The translations under genes and the position numbers were made by a program. A stretch of DNA of 55,290 nt from a virus (taxonomy: Duplodnaviria; Caudoviricetes), in the IMG/VR virus record IMGVR_UViG_3300032006_000008, positions 1 to 55,290 of that record; one strand, given 5' to 3'. The notes beneath the pieces are model-generated. The model saw only the letters and a program-made list of their open reading frames with translations, did not search any database and was not told the DNA's origin. Within the stretch, counting starts at the first letter, position 1, and each line of letters begins with the position of its first letter. Positions 18,693 to 27,717 of the stretch are shown in pieces.

Positions 18693-18935
18693 ATGAATGT
18701 ACCACAAGACATAATTGCAACTATCATATTCCTTATAACATTAGCTCTATTCTTCTCATTTTGGCTCAATATAGCACTTTCTTATAAAATGCGAGACTTA
18801 TATCAAAGAAATAAAGAACTACACGATAAGGTCTATTTAACTAATGAAGATTTAATAAAACTTGAACTAGAACATAATAATCCTAAAGAAAAGGAGAAGA
18901 ATAACAATGTCAGTAGAAAAATACAAATGGGATGA
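18693..18935 (+). CDS. Small membrane protein (N-terminal TM plus coiled coil)
   Basis: IIATIIFLITLALFFSFWLNIAL hydrophobic helix. Confidence 0.6.
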   Translation: MNVPQDIIATIIFLITLALFFSFWLNIALSYKMRDLYQRNKELHDKVYLTNEDLIKLELEHNNPKEKEKNNNVSRKIQMG

Positions 18936-19296
18936 GACAAACTCTGTCGGTCCTCATGCCACGGCTGAAGGAACACTTGAGTTCTTATGTGAATTTATAT
19001 GTAAAATACGTGGGCAACTTGCTAAGACTATAGTTGAGGAAATTGACCCAAACCACGATTTCTTGGGTGAAATGCTCGCAGACTGCTTCTGTAAAAAAGA
19101 CTCTTTTATAATTAATCACAGAGATGGTCATAGAACTGATTTCAGAATGCTTGAGTTTATACAACAAGCAGTGATTGAAAAGATAAACGATAAAGACTTT
19201 GTGCGAAAATTCGCAGAAGAAAACTTCTATTTATCGCAAGATAGAGAAGAGCCAATGATGAAATATGAACCACCTAAAGATAAGGAAACCTCGTAA
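18907..19296 (+). CDS. Hypothetical early protein
   Basis: 129 aa, AAGGAG RBS. Confidence 0.65.
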   Translation: MSVEKYKWDETNSVGPHATAEGTLEFLCEFICKIRGQLAKTIVEEIDPNHDFLGEMLADCFCKKDSFIINHRDGHRTDFRMLEFIQQAVIEKINDKDFVRKFAEENFYLSQDREEPMMKYEPPKDKETS

Positions 19297-19670
19297 TGAC
19301 AAACTATAACTATGATGAATTAAATAAAGACAGCAATGAGCTCATAGACCGCAAAGTTGACTTGATGTGTAAATTGCACGTGCTACTAATGACTATGATG
19401 TCTGCACAAGAAATGTTAATCATGAACTCATTAAAAGATGGAGATGTTATTTCAGAATTTTCATTAAAAATGGAAACAATGAAGGCTAACATTGAGGCAA
19501 TTGCTAATGTAATGTCAAGACTATATCATCTATTCTTCTTACACGATGGTAATGCTCCAGATATAGAAGAAGTCCAAAAAAGAATGGACGCTGAATTAAT
19601 AAAATTTAAAGAACACGCCGCTCGTATGTCAGAAGTAACAGACGAAATTGATAGGATGATGAAGTCATGA
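19296..19670 (+). CDS. Hypothetical helical early protein
   Basis: 124 aa, TAATG coupling. Confidence 0.65.
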   Translation: MTNYNYDELNKDSNELIDRKVDLMCKLHVLLMTMMSAQEMLIMNSLKDGDVISEFSLKMETMKANIEAIANVMSRLYHLFFLHDGNAPDIEEVQKRMDAELIKFKEHAARMSEVTDEIDRMMKS

Positions 19671-19861
19671 GCATGATAGTATGTTATACTTGTGGCGAAA
19701 TAAAAACTCCACTACCACAAGGTGACATTTACAAAATATATGCTTGTAGAAAATGCCTAGAGCACTTTAAATCAATTGATAAGATAAAAAATTATCATAA
19801 ATTTAAGGAGAAAACTAATAATGGGGCTGAAACGAACCAGCTTAGACTTAGACTGGTATGA
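19667..19861 (+). CDS. Small zinc-finger protein
   Basis: CYTC...CRKC; ATGA coupling. Confidence 0.55.
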   Translation: MSMIVCYTCGEIKTPLPQGDIYKIYACRKCLEHFKSIDKIKNYHKFKEKTNNGAETNQLRLRLV

Positions 19862-20069
19862 ATTAATTACTTGCCAAAGAGCAGTCAATAGGTATTTAAG
19901 GGAAACGAGGAAAGCGATTACTGCTAACCACAAAAGAGGATGGGAGCCAGAGCCGGGTAAACGAGATGTAAATAAACTCTCTTTGCAAAGTGCTCTGGTT
20001 CTCAATGACAAAATATCCGAAGAAATCAAAAGAATAAAAAGGATAGGAAAATATGAGGAAAAATATTAA
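19821..20069 (+). CDS. Hypothetical basic protein
   Basis: 82 aa, AAGGAG RBS. Confidence 0.6.
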   Translation: MGLKRTSLDLDWYELITCQRAVNRYLRETRKAITANHKRGWEPEPGKRDVNKLSLQSALVLNDKISEEIKRIKRIGKYEEKY

Positions 20070-20520
20070 AACACCAGTATTCTGTGGTCAAGAGCCATCA
20101 TTTATGTTTGGCTTATTTGATGATGAAGAACAACGAGCAGAAGATGTTGCTCAAGCAATAAGACTAGCTGGTAATCCAATAAATAAAAATAAAAAAGTCT
20201 TTGAAGTCTACTTTGATGGTGAGATTGAAGAAATGATAGGCTTTGATGTTGTTTGTCACATAGATGGTGTTGTTCCAAAGCTAAAATATGGTGATAAGAT
20301 AGAATGCATAGCTATAACTCCAGATGATAAAGAGCATGACGCAATAATGTATGTTGGAAGAAGAACTCTTGACTATTCAAATGGAAGAAAAATATTGGAA
20401 AGAGGTAAGATGATACCCTTGCATCAATCTATGGAATGGAGCGATATATATTGTGTTGTCAGATTATCTAGTGACAAACTAAAAGAATGGGGCGGAAATC
20501 TTACGGAGTTTAAAATATGA
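20053..20520 (+). CDS. Hypothetical protein
   Basis: 155 aa, AGGA RBS. Confidence 0.65.
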   Translation: MRKNIKTPVFCGQEPSFMFGLFDDEEQRAEDVAQAIRLAGNPINKNKKVFEVYFDGEIEEMIGFDVVCHIDGVVPKLKYGDKIECIAITPDDKEHDAIMYVGRRTLDYSNGRKILERGKMIPLHQSMEWSDIYCVVRLSSDKLKEWGGNLTEFKI

Positions 20521-20855
20521 GATACTTTAGAAATCAAATAGTCTTCGTAGGTCACGATGTAAAAGAAAGAATTGATGAAAGTCTGTTATCAGCTCATAAT
20601 GATTGGACTAATTTAATAATATTTCAAGAGCCATTGGAATGCTACAGAATAACAAGAGTCAGTACTAAAAATAGAGTATATCATTTGACAAATCATTATA
20701 ACCCATTCTATCAACATCCAAAAATGATTCAAGGATACGAGTGGAGAAAAGTTGGCGAAACTGATGTGATATCACTTGATGATTATCTAAACTATGTTAA
20801 AACATTCACCCTAATTAAAGGAGAGGTAAAAACTAATGGCAAAGAAGATAAATAA
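20517..20855 (+). CDS. Hypothetical protein
   Basis: 112 aa, GGAG RBS and ATGA coupling. Confidence 0.6.
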   Translation: MRYFRNQIVFVGHDVKERIDESLLSAHNDWTNLIIFQEPLECYRITRVSTKNRVYHLTNHYNPFYQHPKMIQGYEWRKVGETDVISLDDYLNYVKTFTLIKGEVKTNGKEDK

Positions 20856-21435
20856 ATCTATGGCAGTAACAGGTAGAGTATTAAATGTTGATTCTAAGGA
20901 AGAAAGAGCTGGAGATATTAATAAGATTAGAAGATATAACGAAGAGCAGAAAAAGCTCTGGGAAGCTGATAAGGAAGGCAGAACACACATAGTTTATATC
21001 AGGACTGATAAATTAAATAATATCATTCCATTTATAGTTCGCAGAAATAAGTTTGAAGGTTCTAAAACTTGGTTCTATTGTGGATATGTTGGTGTGCCAA
21101 AAACACATCATGCATTCGGACAGAGCATTAATGGATGGAGCGATGGTTTCTTTGATTTACGTTGTCATGGTGGATTAACTTATTCTGACTATCATACTCT
21201 TATTCCAGGCTACTGGTTCTTTGGATTTGATTGTGGACACGCTGGTGATTTTATTAGCCCAGATAGTGTACAAAATCATCAAAAAATGAAATTTCACGGC
21301 AAAGAATATGTCATTGAAAACTGTGAAAATATGGTTAATGAATTAGAAATTCTAGAACTAAAGTTTAGAGAAGATGAATATCTACAAAAATTGGCTAGAG
21401 AAAATAAACTAAAACAAGGAGGCAAAAATGCCTGA
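20836..21435 (+). CDS. Conserved phage protein of unknown function (HGGLTY/GFDCxH family, probably metal-binding)
   Basis: CGYVGVP..H...CHGGLTY...WFFGFDCGHAGD motif set. Confidence 0.7.
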   Translation: MAKKINKSMAVTGRVLNVDSKEERAGDINKIRRYNEEQKKLWEADKEGRTHIVYIRTDKLNNIIPFIVRRNKFEGSKTWFYCGYVGVPKTHHAFGQSINGWSDGFFDLRCHGGLTYSDYHTLIPGYWFFGFDCGHAGDFISPDSVQNHQKMKFHGKEYVIENCENMVNELEILELKFREDEYLQKLARENKLKQGGKNA

Positions 21436-21652
21436 TATAAAAGATATGGAATGGGATGCATATCCAAGTGTTTCAGAAGCTCTTGAGTTAATTGACCAAG
21501 CAATATGTGAAGAAAATACACAACATAAAAACGCAGAGTATCAAGCAAGAGAAGAAGATACCAATGTCCCAGAAGATTATTATTGTTTAGATTGTGGAAA
21601 GCAACTTGATATACCAGAACCAGATGAAGATGAATTGAGAGGTGACAGATGA
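21428..21652 (+). CDS. Hypothetical acidic protein
   Basis: 74 aa, GGAGG RBS, CLDC. Confidence 0.6.
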   Translation: MPDIKDMEWDAYPSVSEALELIDQAICEENTQHKNAEYQAREEDTNVPEDYYCLDCGKQLDIPEPDEDELRGDR

Positions 21653-21771
21653 AAGAATGTAGACCTACTGGCGAAAATGTCATAAAAGCAGAATTAATAT
21701 TAAATGCTTGGCTTAATTATTGCAGACAATCAAGGATTTATAGAATCCTAGAGTGGTTTGGATTAAGATGA
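21649..21771 (+). CDS. Hypothetical 40-aa protein
   Basis: Below the track cutoff; MKECRPTGENVIKAELILNAWLNYCRQSRIYRILEWFGLR, GAGGT RBS, ATGA coupling. Confidence 0.45.
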   Translation: MKECRPTGENVIKAELILNAWLNYCRQSRIYRILEWFGLR

Positions 21772-21848
21772 GAAGAAAATCTTACGAAAGAAATAGAAGC
21801 TTTATGCCTGGCTTTAAACACAAACCATTAAAGAAAATGAGGAAAAAT

Positions 21849-22031
21849 ATGGCTGTCCAAATAACAAAAGAAGACTTTTTAGAATTTAAAGAAGTTCAAA
21901 TGAGTGGTGACTATAATATGTTTGACCCAAGAGCAAGGGAAATGACATCATTAAGCAAAGACCAATGGCTTAGAATTATGAAAGAATACTCCAAATTAGA
22001 TGAAGCATGGGGTAATGACGAAGAGGAATGA
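21849..22031 (+). CDS. DUF5049-like small protein
   Basis: ITKEDF..VQMSGDYNMFD motif; start at 21849 after GAGGA (alternative start 21768). Confidence 0.6.
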   Translation: MAVQITKEDFLEFKEVQMSGDYNMFDPRAREMTSLSKDQWLRIMKEYSKLDEAWGNDEEE

Positions 22032-22063
22032 TTTGTTTATAAGTTCAATTATTGTTAAATTTG
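22032..22063 (+). promoter_or_regulatory. Putative promoter for the recombination/replication genes
   Basis: TTTG-N20-TAAATTTG (also reads as TTGTTT-N17-TAAATT with TGn). Confidence 0.55.
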
Positions 22064-22084
22064 CGTCAACAGAAGGGACAGAAA

Positions 22085-22825
22085 ATGCTAGATATTATTG
22101 GTATTTATAATCAATACCTAAAAACAATTGAGGATGAAAAAAAGGAAGAGTACAGAGAGTCCAATAAAGAGAAATTCTTTAGGGCATCAATGGCTGGTTC
22201 TTGTTTCAAAAAACATTTATACTACTTAAATGATGCTGATTCAAAAGAAATGGATAGAAAAAGCAGAAGATTGCTTAGACTTGGAACAATCATTCATAAA
22301 GATTTTGAAGATGCTTTAGTTACGCATTCATTAAATAGTGATGTATCAATAATGTGTGAATATGAGGTTGAGATACCAGAGATACAAGTTAAAGGAACAT
22401 TAGATGTTGCTTATATGAATCCAGATATAAACACTATTGAAATATTTGATTTAAAAAGTGCAAAGGCTTGGACATGGAGCAAAAAGTTTGGTTATAAGAA
22501 AAATAGGGATAAAAACCCATCAAGAAACTATGAACTACAGTTAGGTACATATGCATTAGCATTAAAGAAGTCAAACTCTGATTGGGAATTTGCATTGTAT
22601 CTTGTTTACTATAAAAAAGATGATAGTTCAATTAAGCCAATAAAAATTAGCAATACATGGATTGATGAGGCTGAAATGTATTGGGAAGAGTTGTTAGAAG
22701 CTACTGAAAAAGGGAAATTAGCACCAGATGATTTAATCGCTGGTTCTGCTCCTAACACTCCTGTATACGAATGGGAATGCAAATACTGTCAATTTTCTCC
22801 CATTTGTGATACGCCATTTAGATAG
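22085..22825 (+). CDS. Cas4-like/PD-(D/E)xK exonuclease
   Basis: ASMAGSC, GTIIH, E...GTLD...DLK, QL..Y, and CKYC...C (four Cys, Fe-S type); start re-assigned to ATG 22085. Confidence 0.85.
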   Translation: MLDIIGIYNQYLKTIEDEKKEEYRESNKEKFFRASMAGSCFKKHLYYLNDADSKEMDRKSRRLLRLGTIIHKDFEDALVTHSLNSDVSIMCEYEVEIPEIQVKGTLDVAYMNPDINTIEIFDLKSAKAWTWSKKFGYKKNRDKNPSRNYELQLGTYALALKKSNSDWEFALYLVYYKKDDSSIKPIKISNTWIDEAEMYWEELLEATEKGKLAPDDLIAGSAPNTPVYEWECKYCQFSPICDTPFR

Positions 22826-22833
22826 AGGTAATC

Positions 22834-23259
22834 ATGAGTCATATAATACTAGATTCGCATGGATTAAATTCCGTTGCTCACTTAAAGCACGTAGAGAACG
22901 ATAAGGGTGGATACCATATAGCAATTTTTCCAAAAACAAAATGGTTGCTATTTGAAAATCATACATATTATGGAGATGTTGAGTCTACTGAAGATGGTGA
23001 AAATGAATATTATAAATCAATACACATGATACCTAAATATCATGTTATGAAAAATAGAGTAAAAATCTCTATGGCATTACCAAGATTAGATATTAATAAT
23101 GAACCATATCTATTTATACCAAAAACTAATAAATATTCACAAAGAAAAATTATAGGGACTAAAAGAGATAAATTAAAATATTCAATAACAAAAAATTACT
23201 ACATATTTGACGTTGATGATGAATACGTTATCCATGATAATGCAAAATTATTCTTTTAA
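22834..23259 (+). CDS. Hypothetical protein
   Basis: 141 aa, GAGGT RBS. Confidence 0.6.
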   Translation: MSHIILDSHGLNSVAHLKHVENDKGGYHIAIFPKTKWLLFENHTYYGDVESTEDGENEYYKSIHMIPKYHVMKNRVKISMALPRLDINNEPYLFIPKTNKYSQRKIIGTKRDKLKYSITKNYYIFDVDDEYVIHDNAKLFF

Positions 23260-23281
23260 ATAATAAGAAAGAGAGGAACAA

Positions 23282-23842
23282 ATGAGCAAATTCTTTGAAA
23301 AGCTCAATGCAATAAATGTCAATGAATATACTGAGAAAAAAGGTCAGTTTACTTATCTTAGTTGGGCATGGGCAGTAAGAGAGTTGTTGAAGGTAGACCC
23401 AGAAGCAACTTGGGAAATACACGAGTGGGGAATTGATGGCAATAAACAACCATATATGCAAACACAAGCAGGATGCTTTGTACAAGTAACTGTTTGGGTA
23501 GGTGGAATAGCAAGAACTCAAGTCCATCCTGTGTTAGACAATAGAAATCAAACTATTGCAGAACCAAATGCATTTCAAATAAATACTTCTATCCAAAGAT
23601 GTCTTGCAAAAGCAATTGCATTACATGGATTGGGATTATATATATTCGCAGGAGAGGATTTACCAAAAGTAGAGCCATTAACAAAAGAGCAAGAAGATGA
23701 AATGGCTACTTGGATTGCAAAATTAGATAACGGACAAACAGTTGTTGATATTCAAACTAAATGTGCAACTAATGTTATTAATAATAGCAATTATAAAGGT
23801 GCATTGGCAAAAGTTAAAAGATTAGTTAAGGAGCAAAAATGA
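23282..23842 (+). CDS. Sak3-like single-strand annealing protein (DUF1071)
   Basis: FTYLSWAWA, PVLDNRN, INTSIQRCLAKAIALHGLGLYIFAGEDLP. Confidence 0.88.
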   Translation: MSKFFEKLNAINVNEYTEKKGQFTYLSWAWAVRELLKVDPEATWEIHEWGIDGNKQPYMQTQAGCFVQVTVWVGGIARTQVHPVLDNRNQTIAEPNAFQINTSIQRCLAKAIALHGLGLYIFAGEDLPKVEPLTKEQEDEMATWIAKLDNGQTVVDIQTKCATNVINNSNYKGALAKVKRLVKEQK

Positions 23843-24108
23843 GAGAAGTAAAAGTATCTCACGGCAGTGATGATAATCTATTATTAATAGGTCATACATA
23901 TAATATTGGAACAAGCGATGGTGTCCAATGGAATAAAATAGTATTTCAAGGATATAAATTTATCAATGGAAAACAAATTATGGTTTTTCAGACTAAAGAG
24001 AGATTTCAATTAACGATAAATCCAAGTTTTCATACTTTTACAATAGAATCTGGAAATTATGATGAATTTGGAAATCAAATAGAAGAAACGGAGGTAGATA
24101 ATGGGTAA
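23839..24108 (+). CDS. Hypothetical protein
   Basis: 89 aa, AAGGAG RBS. Confidence 0.6.
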   Translation: MREVKVSHGSDDNLLLIGHTYNIGTSDGVQWNKIVFQGYKFINGKQIMVFQTKERFQLTINPSFHTFTIESGNYDEFGNQIEETEVDNG

Positions 24109-24376
24109 GTTAACTCATGATTCAGCCAAACAGTTGGTGGAAAGTGGTGTATTAACTAAAAAATCCTTTGAAGAAATGCAAGAAAAAGGAATGGTTAGCA
24201 CCAGAGGGAGAAACCCAAAAAGATACATGAAAGCTGCTGACGGCGCTCAAGTTAGTCCTACTCTATACTTTAGAGGTGGAAGTGGTCACGCAGAATCACC
24301 TGAACAGATTGAACTTAGAAATAAGGTCAATGAATTAATAAAAAAGTACACTGAACCAATCAAAAACGGAGGTTAA
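24101..24376 (+). CDS. Hypothetical protein
   Basis: 91 aa, GGAGG RBS. Confidence 0.65.
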   Translation: MGKLTHDSAKQLVESGVLTKKSFEEMQEKGMVSTRGRNPKRYMKAADGAQVSPTLYFRGGSGHAESPEQIELRNKVNELIKKYTEPIKNGG

Positions 24377-24383
24377 TTAACCA

Positions 24384-25037
24384 ATGAAATCAATAGATGT
24401 TACTTTCAATGAAAAAGACAGCACTGGATTTAAACCAATACTTCAAGGTGAATATCCAGCTCATATAACTTCATTTGAATCAAGAGATTTAAATACTAAA
24501 GCTGGTAAAGCAACTGTGTTTAATCTCAAATATACAGTTTCAGAAGAAGTTGCTAATTTAGAGCAAACTGTCTATGAGATGGATGGATACAATATAGCAG
24601 TAGATGATAAAGGTCATCAAGTTGTTATAAAAGATGCTGATGGAAATCCTCAAAAGACTGACTCTGGATTCTTAAAAGGAAGAGTCTTTAGAGACAATGG
24701 ATATTTCTGTTTCACAGAAAAAGAAGGTTCTTCTAAAAATGGAAGATACTTCGGATTACTATCATCTCTTGGAATAGACTTAGGCGATGTTGAGGTAGAT
24801 GGAGTAAAACATAAAAAACTTGGATTGATTGAAGAAGAAGATGTGGTTGGAAAACCATGTACTATTCGCATTCAACAACAAGAATATGTTACTCACGAAA
24901 CCAGAGACTTGCCAGAGGGTGAGCAAGAAAAGCGTAAGGCTTGGAAAGTGTTTACTGTTAAAGCTTGGGACACTAATAGATTCGGTAAAGCAACTGAACT
25001 ATCAGCAGAAGAGCTATCAGAAGACGTACCATTTTAA
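24384..25037 (+). CDS. Single-stranded DNA-binding protein (DUF669-like)
   Basis: FKPI..GEYPAHI N-terminus, VVGKPCTI, acidic C-tail ending EDVPF; downstream of Sak3. Confidence 0.7.
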   Translation: MKSIDVTFNEKDSTGFKPILQGEYPAHITSFESRDLNTKAGKATVFNLKYTVSEEVANLEQTVYEMDGYNIAVDDKGHQVVIKDADGNPQKTDSGFLKGRVFRDNGYFCFTEKEGSSKNGRYFGLLSSLGIDLGDVEVDGVKHKKLGLIEEEDVVGKPCTIRIQQQEYVTHETRDLPEGEQEKRKAWKVFTVKAWDTNRFGKATELSAEELSEDVPF

Positions 25038-25040
25038 TGA

Positions 25041-25220
25041 ATGGGGAATATTGCTAGAGACTAGGTTGGCACATTCTTGTTAAGGTATGTGTTAGAATAG
25101 TTGAAAAAGTAATAAAAACTAAGGTTGGCTCTTTAGTTGATATATTCCCCATCAATATGAGGCTAGGTATTGCCAGTAGATTGAAAAGCACAACAGTCTA
25201 TGTTATGGCTCTAGCCTCAT
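25041..25220 (+). ncRNA. Putative structured RNA: two consecutive long stem-loops
   Basis: ATGGGGAATAT(25041-51)/ATATTCCCCAT(25142-52); ATGAGGCTAG(25157-66)/CTAGCCTCAT(25211-20) with inner GCCA/TGGC and TAGATTG/CAGTCTA stems. Confidence 0.45.
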
Positions 25221-25245
25221 TTAACTAAAAAAGGAAGGAAAAATT

Positions 25246-25881
25246 ATGGGCTTTGATTGTTATGGATTAAATCCACAAATGAATGAAGAACCGCATCCAA
25301 GAATACACGAAATACTAGAAACATATGGTAAAAATGGAATGTTAGATTGGAGTTCTCCAATACCAAAAGATGTAACTGAAGAGTATTTCAAATTAACTGA
25401 CGAAAGAGATGAAGCAAATCCAGGAAGTTACTTTAGAAATAATGTATGGTGGTGGAGACCTTTATGGAATTTTGTATGTAATACTTGTGATGATTTCTTA
25501 AGTGAAAAAGATATGGAAGGTGGAAGTTATAATGATGGTAGAAAAATATCTAAGACTAAAGCTGTAAAGATAGGTAAAAGATTGTCTGAAAAATTGGCTG
25601 ATGGAACAGTTGATATGGTATGCAGAAGATATGAATTAGCAAAAGCAAGGGCAGATGTTCACAATAAAAAAGTTCAGAAAAATCTAGATAAGATAACAAA
25701 AGAATGCCAAGATAAGCATGGAAAAGATTTAGTTCCTGCTGATTACCCAGAGCCATTTAAAACTCTTTGGAAAGAAACGTATGATACTAAGTCTTGGGAT
25801 TCTGATTATCCTTTTCGCAAGGACAATATAGAAGATTTTGCAACATTCTGCTTACAGTCTGGAGGATTTGAGATATGTTAA
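25246..25881 (+). CDS. Conserved phage protein of unknown function (YFRNNVWWWRPLW family)
   Basis: MGFD.YG, YFRNNVWWWRPLW, F..FC..SGGFEIC. Confidence 0.7.
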   Translation: MGFDCYGLNPQMNEEPHPRIHEILETYGKNGMLDWSSPIPKDVTEEYFKLTDERDEANPGSYFRNNVWWWRPLWNFVCNTCDDFLSEKDMEGGSYNDGRKISKTKAVKIGKRLSEKLADGTVDMVCRRYELAKARADVHNKKVQKNLDKITKECQDKHGKDLVPADYPEPFKTLWKETYDTKSWDSDYPFRKDNIEDFATFCLQSGGFEIC

Positions 25882-26165
25882 ATGAAATGGAAAGAGCAGC
25901 TGATATGGAAGCAGATGAAATTAATGATGATGAAAAGTGGAAAATGGTATTTCACGAGTGTGGAGATACAACTGTTAATAATCTTATGCGAAAGTTTTCC
26001 GATAGGGCTATTAAGTCTAATCATAAACACGGCAATACAATTAACCAAGTAAATAAAAATCAAATAGAATGGGCAGTAGAAGCTTTAGAGGAAGCTATGG
26101 ATATGTGTGTCTATTTACAAAGGTTAATAGAAATGATGCTAGAAGAAAGGAATGTTGAACTATGA
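25875..26165 (+). CDS. Small all-alpha protein, MazG/NTP-pyrophosphatase-like
   Basis: KHGNT...W..EALEEAMD..VYL, an EExxD-type motif. Confidence 0.45.
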   Translation: MLNEMERAADMEADEINDDEKWKMVFHECGDTTVNNLMRKFSDRAIKSNHKHGNTINQVNKNQIEWAVEALEEAMDMCVYLQRLIEMMLEERNVEL

Positions 26166-26380
26166 AAGTTAAAGAATTGATTGGTATGCTCAATACTCTA
26201 GAACTAGACGCAACAATAGATATGTCAAGTGATGAAGAAGGGAACAGTTATGGTGATATATCAAATGGATATGCTGAAGGTAAATTATTTAATGGTGAAA
26301 AAGTATATACTTTATATCCAAAGAACTCAGAGATGCCAGAAGATAGGTATCTAGAAATGAAAGGAGAGCAAAATGGGTAA
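26162..26380 (+). CDS. Hypothetical protein (MKVKELI..L...SDEEGN family)
   Basis: 72 aa, ATGA coupling. Confidence 0.6.
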   Translation: MKVKELIGMLNTLELDATIDMSSDEEGNSYGDISNGYAEGKLFNGEKVYTLYPKNSEMPEDRYLEMKGEQNG

Positions 26381-26558
26381 AATGTCTGAATTAGCAATGT
26401 TACTAGAAAATGAAGACGAAAAAGGTCTTGTAGAATTTTTTGGTACATACGGATGGAAAAGAAAGGTTGCTGATATTGGTGGTCAGGAGTTTTTAAAAGC
26501 ATTTAATCAAATTAAAGATGAAAGGAAAAAGAATGCAGAAAAACAGAAGAATAAGTGA
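26373..26558 (+). CDS. Hypothetical protein
   Basis: 61 aa, AAGGAG RBS. Confidence 0.6.
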   Translation: MGKMSELAMLLENEDEKGLVEFFGTYGWKRKVADIGGQEFLKAFNQIKDERKKNAEKQKNK

Positions 26559-26724
26559 CAGAAGAGGAAGTCCAGATAATATATTCTGGCAAACCTATCA
26601 AGAGTATTGCAATATGAAGCAACAAGATGAAATTATAAAATATCAAGTTGAAAATGAGCACCCAACAGATGCTGGGTCTGAAACTGGTATAGAATTGGAG
26701 CCTGGATATGAAAATAAAATCTAA
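26518..26724 (+). CDS. Hypothetical protein
   Basis: Fills the gap in the operon; start uncertain. Confidence 0.4.
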   Translation: MKGKRMQKNRRISDRRGSPDNIFWQTYQEYCNMKQQDEIIKYQVENEHPTDAGSETGIELEPGYENKI

Positions 26725-26965
26725 AACACTTTGGAATGGATTTGCCTCTATAAGCACCATTTTAATTGAAAGATGTAAAAGGAAAAAAGAGAATCTTGAA
26801 ATACAGCATGGTGATTCTATAATGGTAATACCGCTAGATAAATTAGATAGTCCTGATTGGATTCATAAAAAATCTTTTAAGGATAAATTTAAAAATAGGA
26901 AATATAGGTTATATAACTTTAAATTTGAGGAGACAAGGAATGTTAATCAAGAAAGCTTACTTTAA
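26708..26965 (+). CDS. Hypothetical basic protein
   Basis: 85 aa, GGAG RBS. Confidence 0.55.
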   Translation: MKIKSKTLWNGFASISTILIERCKRKKENLEIQHGDSIMVIPLDKLDSPDWIHKKSFKDKFKNRKYRLYNFKFEETRNVNQESLL

Positions 26966-27031
26966 TTGGGGCTGGCTTCCTCTTGTTCATTTCCCTCATC
27001 CTCAATCCTCATCACAAAAGCTAGCCCCAAT
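26965..27031 (+). promoter_or_regulatory. RNA stem-loop with pyrimidine-rich CCTC-repeat loop
   Basis: ATTGGGGCTGGCTT/AAGCTAGCCCCAAT 14-bp stem (1 G-U); 39-nt loop with four CCTC. Confidence 0.6.
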
Positions 27032-27049
27032 ATATAGAAGAGGGATATA

Positions 27050-27274
27050 ATGACAATAAAAGTAAATGAACTAGGAGTTCCGCTTAGCCCTAACACGCCT
27101 AGAGCAGGAGACTGGGTTACAGTTGAAGAATATCAAGATGAAACTCTTGTAATTAGAGACATTAATTATGATGATGCATCAATTGAAGTTGAACATATGG
27201 ATGGAAAAAGAAGTCATCATTTTTTTAGAGATATAATATATATCAGTAAGGAGTACTATGACCCGTCAAAATGA
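27050..27274 (+). CDS. Hypothetical small beta-barrel-like protein
   Basis: 74 aa, AGAGGG RBS. Confidence 0.6.
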   Translation: MTIKVNELGVPLSPNTPRAGDWVTVEEYQDETLVIRDINYDDASIEVEHMDGKRSHHFFRDIIYISKEYYDPSK

Positions 27275-27506
27275 AAAAACAGCTAAAATAATATTTTCTG
27301 AATCAGAAATAGAAAAACTAATATGGTCATTAACAGTTATTAAAACAATGAGATTACCAATTGAACCAGATTGGAAAGTTCCATATAAATCTTTACTAAA
27401 AGACCTTCAGAGAATAAAAGAAAATCTTGACAAAATTGAAACACCAGAAATGACAGAGGAGGAATTCTATGGTGAGAAAAAAAAATGTAAAAACTGCAAC
27501 GACTAA
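27258..27506 (+). CDS. Hypothetical protein
   Basis: 82 aa, AAGGAG RBS. Confidence 0.6.
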   Translation: MTRQNEKTAKIIFSESEIEKLIWSLTVIKTMRLPIEPDWKVPYKSLLKDLQRIKENLDKIETPEMTEEEFYGEKKKCKNCND

Positions 27507-27717
27507 ACTAAAAGACCTTGAATTAGGAACTAAGTTTAAACTTGCTTGTAGTGATACAACTGGAATTTTAATAGAAAAAAGTATTGGAGCAGCTACAGTT
27601 ATTGTTATAGATGTTCCTAAAACCCCATCATTTATAAATAAAGATGGAAGCATTGACACATATTGGACTGGAAAAGTTAAATGGGGTCCTGATACAGAAG
27701 TGAGAGTTATAGAATGA
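27469..27717 (+). CDS. Hypothetical protein
   Basis: 82 aa, GAGGAGG RBS. Confidence 0.6.
   Translation: MVRKKNVKTATTKLKDLELGTKFKLACSDTTGILIEKSIGAATVIVIDVPKTPSFINKDGSIDTYWTGKVKWGPDTEVRVIE

Noticed and set aside
22085-22825. CRISPR-Cas system (Cas4-like gene)
   Set aside because: No cas1/cas2 and no repeat-spacer array; the Sak3/SSB context indicates an ordinary phage recombination nuclease
25041-25220. tRNA gene
   Set aside because: The stems do not form a cloverleaf and there is no TTCG(A) T-loop or CCA end; no tRNA recognised elsewhere
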